Source: Candidatus Angelobacter sp. (GTDB lineage Bacteria; Chloroflexota; Limnocylindria; QHBO01). Taken from it: a stretch of DNA of 64,000 bases. The notes beneath the pieces are model-generated. The model was not told the origin of the DNA. It saw only the letters and a list, made by a program, of their open reading frames with translations, and did no database searches. Every line of letters starts with the position of its first letter. Within the stretch, counting starts at the first letter, position 1. Below, one piece after another: positions 26,313-37,696 of this stretch. The stretch is from positions 25,058-89,057 of the forward strand of contig DATHTR010000123.1 of assembly GCA_035463095.1 (NCBI GenBank), read 5' to 3'. The translations under genes and the position numbers were made by a program.

Positions 26313-26836
26313 ACCCGGACCTGACGATCGACACCGAGATCAACCTGGCCATCCGGCTCATCGTCGGCCTCGTCCTCGGCGCGATCATCGGCTTCGAGCG
26401 CGAGCTGCACCGGCAGCCCGCCGGCTTCCGGACCCACAGCCTCGTCTCCCTGGGTGCGGCCCTGTTCACGGTGGTGAGCGCCTTCGGGTTCGGCGGCGAC
26501 CTCGTGGATCCGACCCGCATCGCCGCGCAGATCGTGTCGGGCATCGGCTTCATCGGTGCCGGCACGATCCTCCAGTACCGTGGCCACATCCGAGGTCTGA
26601 CCACGGCCGCGAGCCTGTGGTCGGTTGCCGCCATCGGCACTGCCGCCGGCGCCGGCCTGTTCGTGGTGGCGACCGTTGGCACCATCCTGATCCTGGTCAT
26701 CCTGTCGATCCTGGACCGCGTGGAGTCGATGGCCAGGAATCGGCTCAAGCTGCCGCCCGATGGCTTCGTGCTCCCCGGGGAGCGCGACGTGGAACCCGAT
26801 GAACCCGATGAGGGAAAGAGCGAGGACTTGCCGTGA
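26309..26836 (+). CDS. mgtC: MgtC/SapB family membrane protein
   Basis: LIVGLVLGAIIGFERE...GFRTHSLVSLGAALF...QIVSGIGFIGAGTIL...GLTTAASLWSVAAIG. GTG at 26309 is coupled to the upstream stop. ATG at 26279 is an alternative. Confidence 0.85.
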   Translation: MNPDLTIDTEINLAIRLIVGLVLGAIIGFERELHRQPAGFRTHSLVSLGAALFTVVSAFGFGGDLVDPTRIAAQIVSGIGFIGAGTILQYRGHIRGLTTAASLWSVAAIGTAAGAGLFVVATVGTILILVILSILDRVESMARNRLKLPPDGFVLPGERDVEPDEPDEGKSEDLP

Positions 26837-27723
26837 CCCTGCTGACCACCGACCTTCCCGGCCTCGAGCTCGTGCACCGAGGCAAGGTGCGCGAGACGTA
26901 CGAGGTCGACGAGCGCCACCTGCTGCTCGTCGCAACCGACCGCCTGTCGGCGTTCGACGTCGTCTTCGACCAGCCGATCCCGGACAAGGGCGCCGTTCTC
27001 ACGCAGCTGTCCGCGTGGTGGTTCGAGCAGCTTGCGTCGCTCGGGCGATCGCACTTCGTCAGTGCCGATTCGGTCGACCTGCCCGAGCCGGCGCGCACGC
27101 CGGAGATGGTGCGCCGGTCGATGCTGGTGCGACGTGCCGAGCGCGTCGACGCCGAGTGCGTCGTGCGTGGGTACCTGGCCGGGTCCGGCTGGGCCGAGTA
27201 CGGCCGCACGGGCGAGGTGTGTGGACATCCGCTGCCCGCCGGCCTGCGCGAGGCCGATCGGCTGCCGGAGCCGATCTTCACCCCGTCGACGAAGGCCGAG
27301 GTCGGCCATGACGAGAACATCACCCGCGACCAGCTTGCCGACTTCGTCGGCGCGGACCTGGCCCGGCAGCTCGAGGACCGCTCGATCGCCCTCTACCTGG
27401 AGGGCGCGCGGCGGGCGGAGTCGGTCGGCCTCATCCTGGCCGACACGAAGTTCGAGTTCGGCTGGATCGACGGCGAGCTGGCCGTGATCGACGAGGTCCT
27501 GACGCCGGACTCGTCGCGATTCTGGGATGCGGAGCGCTATGCCCCCGGGTCATCCCCGCAGAGCTTCGACAAGCAGTTCGTGCGCGACTTCGTGGCGAGC
27601 TCGGGCTGGAACAAGGAGCCCCCGGCGCCGACCCTGCCCGAGGAGGTGATCGTCGGGACGCGGGATCGCTACGTCGCGGCCTTCGAGCGGCTCACCGGGC
27701 GGCGCTGGGAGGCGTCGGCCTAG
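26833..27723 (+). CDS. purC: SAICAR synthetase
   Basis: VHRGKVRETYEV...LLLVATDRLSAFD. The GTG start overlaps the MgtC stop (GTGA). Confidence 0.92.
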   Translation: MTLLTTDLPGLELVHRGKVRETYEVDERHLLLVATDRLSAFDVVFDQPIPDKGAVLTQLSAWWFEQLASLGRSHFVSADSVDLPEPARTPEMVRRSMLVRRAERVDAECVVRGYLAGSGWAEYGRTGEVCGHPLPAGLREADRLPEPIFTPSTKAEVGHDENITRDQLADFVGADLARQLEDRSIALYLEGARRAESVGLILADTKFEFGWIDGELAVIDEVLTPDSSRFWDAERYAPGSSPQSFDKQFVRDFVASSGWNKEPPAPTLPEEVIVGTRDRYVAAFERLTGRRWEASA

Positions 27724-28008
27724 GTGCGCTGGCTGGCCGAGGTCCACGTGGCGCTGCGCCCCGGCATCGCCGACCCGGAGGGGCAGACCATTGGCTCCGC
27801 GCTGCGCTCGCTCGGCCATGCCTCGGTCAGCGAGGTTCGGAGCGGGAAGCTGATGCGGATCGCCTTCGAGGCCGGCACACCGGACGAGGCGGAGGCGGCG
27901 GTGGCTGACATGTGCCGCCGCCTGCTCGCCAACCCGGTGATGGAGAGCGCGACCTGGGACCTGCGTGCCGACGAGGAGCAGCAGGCCGCCGAAGGGGTGA
28001 CGGGGTGA
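27724..28008 (+). CDS. purS: FGAM synthase PurS subunit
   Basis: 94 aa. VHVALRPGIADPEGQTIGSALRSLGH...VRSGKLMRI. Abuts the purC stop. Confidence 0.9.
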   Translation: MRWLAEVHVALRPGIADPEGQTIGSALRSLGHASVSEVRSGKLMRIAFEAGTPDEAEAAVADMCRRLLANPVMESATWDLRADEEQQAAEGVTG

Positions 28009-28751
28009 CCCTCGTCGCCGCCCGCCCTCGGGTTGCGGTCGTGGTCTTTCCGGGCACCTGGAGCGAACGCGACTTCGCCCACGTCGCCACCGACGTCCTC
28101 GGGTGGGAGGCCAGGCTCGTCTGGCATCTCGAGCGCGAGCTCGGCCCGGCGGACGCCGTGGTGCTGCCCGGCGGCTTCGCCCACGGCGACCACCTGCGCA
28201 CCGGCGCGATCGCGCGCTTCTCCCCGGTGATGGCCGCGGTCGAGCGGTTTGCCGCCGAGGGCGGCCCGGTCATCGGCTCGTGCAACGGGTTCCAGGTCCT
28301 CACCGAGGCCGGGATGCTGCCGGGAGCCCTCATGCGCAACGACCATCTCGAGTTCCGCTGCGACTGGCAGTGGCTTCGGGTCGAGCGACCGGCCCGCTGT
28401 CCGGCGTGGCTCGGAGCCCTCGACGATGGCGACGTCATCCGCCTGCCGATCAGCCACGGGGAGGGCCGGTACGTGGCCGACGCCGCGACGCTCGACGCGC
28501 TCGAGTCCGAGGGCCGGGTGGTGCTGCGCTACGCGGAGGCCTCCGGCGCGGTCTCCGCGGAAGCCAATCCGAACGGATCCGAGCGTGGCATCGCCGGCAT
28601 CGTCAACGAGGGCGGGAACGTCCTGGGCCTCATGCCGCACCCCGAGCGCGCGGCCGAGGCCGAGGTCGGCGGGACGCACGGACTGGCCCTCTTCCGCTCG
28701 CTGGAACGGTGGCTGCAGGAGCGGCCGGCTGGCGCGGAGCGTCGGCTATGA
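28005..28751 (+). CDS. purQ: FGAM synthase glutaminase subunit
   Basis: VAVVVFPGTWSERD...GSCNGFQVL (catalytic Cys)...GLMPHPER. GTGA overlap with purS. Confidence 0.92.
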   Translation: MTLVAARPRVAVVVFPGTWSERDFAHVATDVLGWEARLVWHLERELGPADAVVLPGGFAHGDHLRTGAIARFSPVMAAVERFAAEGGPVIGSCNGFQVLTEAGMLPGALMRNDHLEFRCDWQWLRVERPARCPAWLGALDDGDVIRLPISHGEGRYVADAATLDALESEGRVVLRYAEASGAVSAEANPNGSERGIAGIVNEGGNVLGLMPHPERAAEAEVGGTHGLALFRSLERWLQERPAGAERRL

Positions 28752-28794
28752 TCGGCGCCGACGCCTAGCACCGGCACAGGAGGGCGAACACCGC

Positions 28795-30249
28795 ATGGAC
28801 CACGACGACCGGGACCGGCGCGACTGGCCTGACGACGAACGGGCCGGGGATCCGCCCGAGCAGCCCGATCCGAGCATGTCGCCCGACGATTCGACCCGGC
28901 CGATGCCGATCGACGAGACGACTCCGGCCGGAGCGGCGAGCAGCGACGCGTGGGGTGGCGACGCTGCCGGTCCAGTCGACTCGGGCGACGATCCCGGCGG
29001 TGCCGACGGTTGGCGCAATCCCGAGCAGCCGGAGCGCGTGATCGAGGAGCACGACCGGCCGCTCGCCGCACCCGACGGCGATGCCGGGGCGCCGGCCGAG
29101 ATCGAGAGCTGGCCCAGCAGTGAGCCCGTCGAGCCCGCGGCCGGCGCGTCCGCGCCGTGGCCCACCGAGCCGCCGCCGGCCGGCAGCGCATCCTCCGACG
29201 CCTGGCCGACGTCCGCACCGGAGCGCGGCGAGACGCCGCCGCCCGAGCCGGACTGGGGCTCGGCCACCGAGCCTTCGGCCACCGAGCCTTCGGCCACCGA
29301 GGCGGAGACCGCCGAGCCGGAGAGCACGGAGCCGCCCGCTGTGACGCCGAGCCCCGGATGGAGCGACGAGCGGGCACCGGAGGAGGTCGAGGCCTACCCG
29401 GCCGCCGCGGAGACGACCGAGACCGCACCGGCCACCGCGGCGCCGATGGCCGCCGCGACCGCCGCCCACGCCGTGCCCGACGCAGAGGGCGCGACAGGCG
29501 AGAGCACCCTGTGTCCGCGCTGCGGCACCGAGAACCGGCCGGGGCTGTCCTTCTGTCGAAGCTGTGGCCAGCGCCTCGTGGCCGCGGGCGTATCGAGCAC
29601 CGTGGAGCGCCCAGGCACCCCGGAGGGCACGCAGGCCTGCCCGCGCTGCGGGACGCACAACCGCGCTGGCGTCGCGTTCTGCCAGAACTGCGGGGCGAAC
29701 CTGCGAGGGACCGCCGAAGGCTACGTCCCGCCGGCCGCCGCGGACGAAGAGCAGGTTGCGCCGCGGCCGGCGCAGCGCGGGGCGATTCTCGGACCCGTCG
29801 TCCTGCTCGTCGGCCTGGCCGGCCTGGTGACGGGCTACCTCCTGCCGTTCCTGTACGGATCGCGCGACTCGCTGTTCGACCGAGCGTGGGGCGCCGACGG
29901 ATACGGGGTTGCGTTCTGGAACGGGTATCCCGACGTGGGTGCCTCGCTCGCCGATCAGGCGTACTTCGGCCTCGCCGGCCCGATCCCGCTGTTCGGCCTC
30001 CTGCTCGTGGTCCTCGCCGTCGCTGGCTTCATGCGCGCCACGCCGGGCCCGGCACAGTCGATCGGCCTGGTGCTCGCGCTGCTGTGGAGCATCGGCCTGA
30101 TCGTGCTGTTCGTGATGGTCGAGCTGCTGGCGAACTGGAGCGGGGATCTGGTCGGCATGCTCCGCGACCTCACGCCAGCCGGGATCATCTTCTTCCTGGC
30201 GAGCCTCATCGTGCTCATCGGGACGCTCACCCGCTTCAGTCGGGGCTGA
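28795..30249 (+). CDS. Membrane protein: acidic disordered N-terminus, two zinc ribbons, ~5 TM segments
   Basis: ATG at 28795 with CAGGAGGG SD. About 230 aa are D/E/P-rich and low-complexity. The ribbons are CPRCGTENRPGLSFCRSCG and CPRCGTHNRAGVAFCQNCG. A hydrophobic C-terminal third follows. Confidence 0.65.
   Translation: MDHDDRDRRDWPDDERAGDPPEQPDPSMSPDDSTRPMPIDETTPAGAASSDAWGGDAAGPVDSGDDPGGADGWRNPEQPERVIEEHDRPLAAPDGDAGAPAEIESWPSSEPVEPAAGASAPWPTEPPPAGSASSDAWPTSAPERGETPPPEPDWGSATEPSATEPSATEAETAEPESTEPPAVTPSPGWSDERAPEEVEAYPAAAETTETAPATAAPMAAATAAHAVPDAEGATGESTLCPRCGTENRPGLSFCRSCGQRLVAAGVSSTVERPGTPEGTQACPRCGTHNRAGVAFCQNCGANLRGTAEGYVPPAAADEEQVAPRPAQRGAILGPVVLLVGLAGLVTGYLLPFLYGSRDSLFDRAWGADGYGVAFWNGYPDVGASLADQAYFGLAGPIPLFGLLLVVLAVAGFMRATPGPAQSIGLVLALLWSIGLIVLFVMVELLANWSGDLVGMLRDLTPAGIIFFLASLIVLIGTLTRFSRG
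29260..29301 (+). repeat. 15-nt tandem repeat (TCGGCCACCGAGCCT, ~2.8 copies), coding
   Basis: Encodes SATEPSATEPSATE within the acidic region of the zinc-ribbon membrane protein. Confidence 0.8.
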
Positions 30250-30253
30250 GCCG

Positions 30254-31057
30254 ATGGCGCGCTACTGCGGCAGCTGCGGGACCGAGGTCGACGACGGCGC
30301 GGTCTTCTGCCCGACCTGCGGGCAGCCGATCGAGGACGGCGAGGCCACCGAGCTGCCGGCCGCGCCCGCGTGGCCCGACCCGGCGGAGAGCGACCTGGAG
30401 CCGGCGGCGCCCGCCGTCCCCCACGCGCCGGGCGCGCCCGATCGCGATCCGTGGGCAGTCGCCTCGGCCACCCACGACGAAGGGGCACGCTCCGAGCCCC
30501 GGGATGAGCCCGCGCCTGCCGTCGAGGCAGCTCCGACGCGCGTCGAGCCGCGACCGGCGCCCCCCGATCCGGAGTCCCAGCCCGGTCCGGAGGCCGCGCT
30601 CAGCGGTGGCGATCGGGGTGCGCCGGCCGCGCGGCGGGACGCGCCGCCACCGGCGCAGAAGGACGAGGGTGGGCGGGGCACCGGCATCGATCTGCCGATC
30701 ACGATGCCCGTCACCCTGTCCGGCTGGCTCATCGGCGCCGGGTCGGCCGTGGCCGCCCTGGGAATCGTCCTCGTTCTGCTGACCAGCCGGATCAACATCA
30801 TCGACCTGCTCCTGCTGCTCGCGCTCGCTGGGATCGCGGCCACCGTCTTCCTCGCCACGAGACTGCCGGGCGTGCCGCAGCTGCGGCTCATCACCCTCGT
30901 CGTCGTGCTCGTCGCCTTCGGGGTGGCCCTCGATCGTCTCGGGTTCAGGGCGGGCGGGATCGGCGAGCTCCTGCTGTTCCTCGGGACGGCGGCCGCAGCC
31001 ATCGGCGCCGTGCTCGTGGAGCTCGGCAAGGACCAGCCGCTCGGACCGCAGCGCTGA
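30254..31057 (+). CDS. Membrane protein: N-terminal zinc ribbon, Pro-rich linker, ~4 TM segments
   Basis: [26 protein letters not shown], then a low-complexity P/A/E linker, then a hydrophobic C-terminal half. Separated by 4 nt from both flanking genes. Confidence 0.6.
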   Translation: MARYCGSCGTEVDDGAVFCPTCGQPIEDGEATELPAAPAWPDPAESDLEPAAPAVPHAPGAPDRDPWAVASATHDEGARSEPRDEPAPAVEAAPTRVEPRPAPPDPESQPGPEAALSGGDRGAPAARRDAPPPAQKDEGGRGTGIDLPITMPVTLSGWLIGAGSAVAALGIVLVLLTSRINIIDLLLLLALAGIAATVFLATRLPGVPQLRLITLVVVLVAFGVALDRLGFRAGGIGELLLFLGTAAAAIGAVLVELGKDQPLGPQR

Positions 31058-31061
31058 CCGG

Positions 31062-33274
<2,213 letters not shown>

Positions 33275-33278
<4 letters not shown>

Positions 33279-34354
33279 GAACCCTTCGGCCGGTCTCGGC
33301 TCGCGCCGCGTTCCATCGAGGCGATGATCGGGTCCTCCTCGTCGAGCCGGCGGCGGGCGGCGCGCACCGCGCGGCGGCGGAGGATCCGCTCGGCCTCGGC
33401 TGCCGCAGTGGCGGCCTCCGCCCGCGCCGCCTCCCGCCACCGTCGGCGAGCGAGGACGCCGAGCGCTACGGCGATCACCGCCAGGAGCGCGGCCAGCCAG
33501 GCCGCCGTCACGCGGGTCGAGGCGAGTACCAGCTCGTCGGCGATCATCGCCGCCTCGAGGCCCGGGTCCGCCGGAGGATCCGACCCGACGGGTACCGGGA
33601 GTCCCGGCGAGGCGAGCCTCGGCTCCGGCTCCTGGGGCCGAGTGCCGGGCGATGCGGTGGTCGCCGGTCGGCCCCCCGGCGCGGCGTGTGGGGTCCGGTG
33701 TCGATCGGTGTCAGATCCCGCGTCCGGCGCCCGCGCCGGCGTCGAGCCCTCGCGAGATGGCAACAGCGAACCCGTGGCCGCGGCTGTGACGTCGTCTCCG
33801 CCACCGTTCCCGCCGTCGCCGGCCGGCGTCTCAGCGGGGGCCGCGGGCGGTTCCTGCGAAGCGCCGGGCGGCAATGGGGCCGCGCCGTGCGCGCGGCCGC
33901 CACCGCCGCCGGGGCCACCGGGCGGCTCGGCTCCGGAGGTTGGCGTCGGTGAGGTCGAGGGCGTCGGCTGAGGGCTCACGGCCGGCCCCGATCCGGGCTC
34001 GCTGGTGACGCTGAGCGTCGGCCCGGACAGGACGGCGTCGCCACCGCGCTCGGCCGTGGCCCGGAACCGGGTGGGCCACGAGCCGGCCGGCAGCCGCACC
34101 GACACCTCCCACGTGCCGGATGTCGCAGTCCCGGCGACGCGGTGCATCGGCTCCGTGCGACCGGCAACCTCCGCGATCACGGCCAGCGCAGCGAAGCGGC
34201 CGACGTAGCCGACCTGCAGCCGGAATGCCGTTTCGGGCGTGCCGGAGGTCGGGCTCGTCGAGGCTCCGGTCAGCACGTTCGAAGCCCCGGACGCGACCGG
34301 CGGCGCTGCCATGAGCGCCGCAAGGATCGCGAGGACGACGAGGCCGCGGGACAT
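33275..34354 (-). CDS. Type I membrane-anchored secreted protein, unknown function
   Basis: Signal peptide [23 protein letters not shown]. About 100 aa of beta-rich domain. A Pro/Gly/Thr-rich spacer. A TM segment ([21 protein letters not shown]). An Arg-rich cytoplasmic tail. The start overlaps the stop of the upstream GGDEF gene. Confidence 0.55.
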
Positions 34355-35985
34355 CAGCCGGATGCCTCCCGCGCCCTCGCGGCGCGGCGCCGGGTCCGCC
34401 GCGGCTCGGCAATCGGGGTCGGAGCGGTGGCCGCCTCGACCTCGAGGTGGGGCAGGCCGTCGCGCGCGCGCTCGTGGAGCCGGTAGACCTCTTCGAGGCC
34501 GTCCGGAGGCACGTCCGCGGCGTAGATCTCGCAGAACACGTCGACGACGCGCGGGTCGAACTGGGTTCCGGCGTGCTGCCTCAGCTCGGCGAGCGCCTCC
34601 TCGTGGCTGAGGGCGCCGCTGTACGGCCGGTCATGAATCATGGCGTGGTACGCGTCGGCGACGGCCACGATGCGCGCCCCGAGCGGGATCTCGTTCCCCC
34701 GCAGGCCGTGCGGGTAGCCGGCTCCGTTGAAGTGCTCGTGGTGATGGAGGACGACCGGGATCGCCTCCCGCAGGCTGGACGCCTGCTCGAGGATCACCTG
34801 CCCGATGCGAGGATGCTCCCCGATGGCCTGCCACTCCGCATCGGACAGGCTGGACGGCTTGTCGAGGATGTCCTCCGGGACCGCGATCTTTCCGAGGTCG
34901 TGGAGCAGGGATGCGATCCGGATACGCTCGATCTCGTCGGCGGGAAGGCCCATCTCCAGTCCGATGCCGGTCGCGAGCGACGCGATCATGTCCGAGGGCC
35001 GGCCACGATGATGCGGCTGCGGTGCCAGCACCGATGCCAGCGCTCGGGTTGCCGTATCGCTCGCCCAGCGACCGATGGCCGTTGCCCGCGCCCGCCGGTC
35101 GGCGGAGATCGGGGCGCGCCGGACGGGCGCCTCCTCGTCGAGCTCGCGGAACAGGTAGGTCCGGTTCCGACCGAGCGACTTTGCGGCGTACATCGCCGCG
35201 TCGGCCCGGTCGACGACCATGTCGAGCTGAAGCTCGGATCCGTGCCCGCCCGCGATCCCGGCGCTGATGGTGACCTGGACGGCGTGGTCCTCGGAGATGC
35301 GCAACGGCTCGGCCATGACCAGTGCCCGGAGCTCCTCCGCCAGCCCGACCGCATCCTCGGGACGGGTCTCCGGCAGGATCAGCATGAACTCCTCGCCGCC
35401 GTAGCGACCGAAGGTGTCCGAGGCGCGGATCGATCCCTGCAGCAGGCCGGCCACCTGGCGGAGCACCACGTCGCCGGACTTGTGGCCGTAGGTGTCGTTG
35501 ATCGGCTTGAATCGGTCGATGTCGATGAACGCGACGCTCAGCGGCTTCGCATGACGCGCGGCTCGCTCCACTTCGGCGGAGAGCACGGTGAGCAGCGTCT
35601 CGCGGTTGGCAACGCCCGTCAGCCGATCGTGCGTGGCTCGCGCCTCGGTCTGCAGGAACGCGCCGCTGGCCGCGTTATAGGCGCGCGCCAGGCGTCGTTC
35701 GGCGGGCAGGCCGCTCACCGGCAGCGTCATCGGCTCGTCGGCCTCCAGCGTCAGCTCCAGGGCCCGGGCGATGTGGTTCAACCGCCATCCCATGTAGCTC
35801 CAGGCGAGCAGGGCCATGGTCGTCATGCCCGCCGCAGTGGCCACGCCGAGGATGACGGCGAACAGCGGGCGCTGCTCGGGCGTGGCGTGGGCTGACAGGG
35901 CAATGCCGATCGTCACCAGGGCGGCGACCGCCACGGGGGCCAGGAATCCGATGGCACGGACGAGGGTCAGCACGAGCCGAAGCAT
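34354..35985 (-). CDS. Membrane-bound diguanylate cyclase (GGDEF) fused to an HD-GYP phosphodiesterase domain
   Basis: Two N-terminal TM segments. RASD I-site 5 residues before GGEEF. HD-GYP part is HDLGKIAVP...HHHEHFNGAGYPHGL. Confidence 0.85.
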   Translation of the reverse strand: MLRLVLTLVRAIGFLAPVAVAALVTIGIALSAHATPEQRPLFAVILGVATAAGMTTMALLAWSYMGWRLNHIARALELTLEADEPMTLPVSGLPAERRLARAYNAASGAFLQTEARATHDRLTGVANRETLLTVLSAEVERAARHAKPLSVAFIDIDRFKPINDTYGHKSGDVVLRQVAGLLQGSIRASDTFGRYGGEEFMLILPETRPEDAVGLAEELRALVMAEPLRISEDHAVQVTISAGIAGGHGSELQLDMVVDRADAAMYAAKSLGRNRTYLFRELDEEAPVRRAPISADRRARATAIGRWASDTATRALASVLAPQPHHRGRPSDMIASLATGIGLEMGLPADEIERIRIASLLHDLGKIAVPEDILDKPSSLSDAEWQAIGEHPRIGQVILEQASSLREAIPVVLHHHEHFNGAGYPHGLRGNEIPLGARIVAVADAYHAMIHDRPYSGALSHEEALAELRQHAGTQFDPRVVDVFCEIYAADVPPDGLEEVYRLHERARDGLPHLEVEAATAPTPIAEPRRTRRRAARAREASG

Positions 35986-36048
35986 GGCGCCGAGAGGTAC
36001 CGTCCGACCATGGGTCGATCGTCACGGCGTGCGCTCTGTCACCGCTGC

Positions 36049-36140
36049 CTCGCGGCCGACTTGGCCGCGAGTGCGGAGCGGTGCAGTACCACGCCGGTAC
36101 TGTCGGCGAGGCACCGGGACCGATGCGCGACGCCGGTGCC
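36049..36140. other. Three consecutive GC-rich stem-loops in the DGC/purF divergent intergenic region
   Basis: CTCGCGGCC-gactt-GGCCGCGAG at 36049-36071. CAGTACC-acgcc-GGTACTG at 36084-36102. GGCACCGG-N15-CCGGTGCC at 36110-36140. A TATGAT -10-like hexamer follows at 36161-36166. Confidence 0.5.
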
Positions 36141-36207
36141 CCGGCGCCCGCCACGCCACGTATGATGGGCCCGTGCCCGGCCAGCGCCGATCCCCCTGAA
36201 CCGCCGC

Positions 36208-37692
36208 GTGCGACCCTCGATTCCGCTGCACGCCGCCGCCGGCCACGCCCTGCCCGTCTACGAACCGCACGGTCCCCGCGAGGAGTGCGGCGTGGTCGGG
36301 ATCTGGGCACCGGGCGCTCCGGTTGCGCGGCTGGCCTACGTCGGCCTCCATGCGCTCCAGCACCGCGGCCAGGAATCGGCCGGCATCGCCGTCAGCCGCA
36401 CGTCGGGGCTCGACCTGCATAAGCGGCTCGGGCTGGTGAGCGCGGTCTTCGACGAGGAGACGCTGGACCGGCTGGAGGGCACCGATCACCGTGACGGCCC
36501 GCCTCTCGCCGCCATCGGTCACACGCGATACAGCACGACCGGGTCGAACACGCTCCCGAACGTCCAGCCGGTGTACGCCCAGACCGATCGGGGCGAGCTG
36601 ATGCTCGGGCACAACGGAAACCTGACGAATGCCCGCTGGCTCCGCGACGAGCTGGCGGAGCAGGGCGTGGAGTTCGCGTCGGCCTCCGACACCGAGGTGC
36701 TGGCCAAGCTCATCGCGCACGCACCGGGCCGGACCTGGGAGCAGCGCGTCGATCACGCCTTCCACCGCGCGACCGGCGCATTCACCTTCACCATGCTCAC
36801 CGGCGACGCGCTGGTCGTGGCACGCGATCCGATCGGCTTCCGGCCGCTGGCCCTCGGGCGGCTGCCCGCCGGCGGCTGGGCCGTGGCCTCGGAGAGCGCC
36901 GCACTCGACGCCATGGGCGCGCCGTTCGTGCGTGACGTCGAGGCGGGCGAGGTGCTCGTCATCGATGCCGAGGGCGTGCACTCCCATCGGTCAGCGCTCG
37001 CCTCGGACGACCGGGAGCGGCTGTGTGTGTTCGAGTACGTCTACCTCGCCCGCCCGGACAGCGTGATCGGGGGCCGGCTGCTGTACGAGGCGCGCCTCGA
37101 GATGGGCCGGCAGCTGGCCCGCGAGCAGCCGGCCGAGGCCGACCTCGTCATCGCCGTGCCGGACTCCGCCATTCCGGCCGCCATCGGCTACGCGGAAGCG
37201 GCGGGCCTGCCGTACCGCGAAGGGCTCATCAAGTCGCGGTACGTGGGACGGACCTTCATCCAGCCCGCCCAGCGCGGTCGCGAGGAGGCCGTGCGCCTGA
37301 AGTTCAACCCCCTGCCGGAGCTCCTTGCCGGGAAGCGGGTGGTCGTGGTCGACGACTCCATCGTGCGCGGCACCACCACCGGGCCGATCGTCGAGATGCT
37401 GCGCCGCGCCGGCGCCGCCGAGGTGCACGTCCGCATCCACTCGCCGCAGATGCAGCACCCGTGCTACATGGGCGTCGACACCGGTCGTCGCGACGAGCTC
37501 ATCGCCGCCAGCCACACGCTGGACCAGATCCGCGCCGCCATTGGCGCCGACTCGCTGGGCTACCTCTCGAAGGAGGGCCTGCTGGCCGCGGTCGGCGGAC
37601 GCACCGGTGCCCGCTGTACCGCGTGCTTCGACGGGATCTACCCGACCGACGTCCCGCTCGAGCTCGACAAGCTCGCCATGGAGCGTCGCTGA
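36208..37692 (+). CDS. purF: Amidophosphoribosyltransferase
   Basis: Propeptide, then CGVVGIW (N-terminal nucleophile Cys). PRTase motif VVVVDDSIVRGTT. GTG start as in the ORF track; the start is uncertain. Confidence 0.92.
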   Translation: MRPSIPLHAAAGHALPVYEPHGPREECGVVGIWAPGAPVARLAYVGLHALQHRGQESAGIAVSRTSGLDLHKRLGLVSAVFDEETLDRLEGTDHRDGPPLAAIGHTRYSTTGSNTLPNVQPVYAQTDRGELMLGHNGNLTNARWLRDELAEQGVEFASASDTEVLAKLIAHAPGRTWEQRVDHAFHRATGAFTFTMLTGDALVVARDPIGFRPLALGRLPAGGWAVASESAALDAMGAPFVRDVEAGEVLVIDAEGVHSHRSALASDDRERLCVFEYVYLARPDSVIGGRLLYEARLEMGRQLAREQPAEADLVIAVPDSAIPAAIGYAEAAGLPYREGLIKSRYVGRTFIQPAQRGREEAVRLKFNPLPELLAGKRVVVVDDSIVRGTTTGPIVEMLRRAGAAEVHVRIHSPQMQHPCYMGVDTGRRDELIAASHTLDQIRAAIGADSLGYLSKEGLLAAVGGRTGARCTACFDGIYPTDVPLELDKLAMERR

Positions 37693-37696
37693 GCCG

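Noticed and set aside
35986-36207. Purine, ZTP or other known riboswitch in the leaders of purF, purA (4380-4495), guaA (15722-15889) and purD (22267-22295)
   Set aside because: I looked for the conserved cores (for example the ZTP GGGTCGTGAC...CCGCCTGGGC pseudoknot and the purine-riboswitch loop-loop pattern) and did not see them. Only generic hairpins are present. A covariance-model scan is still advisable.
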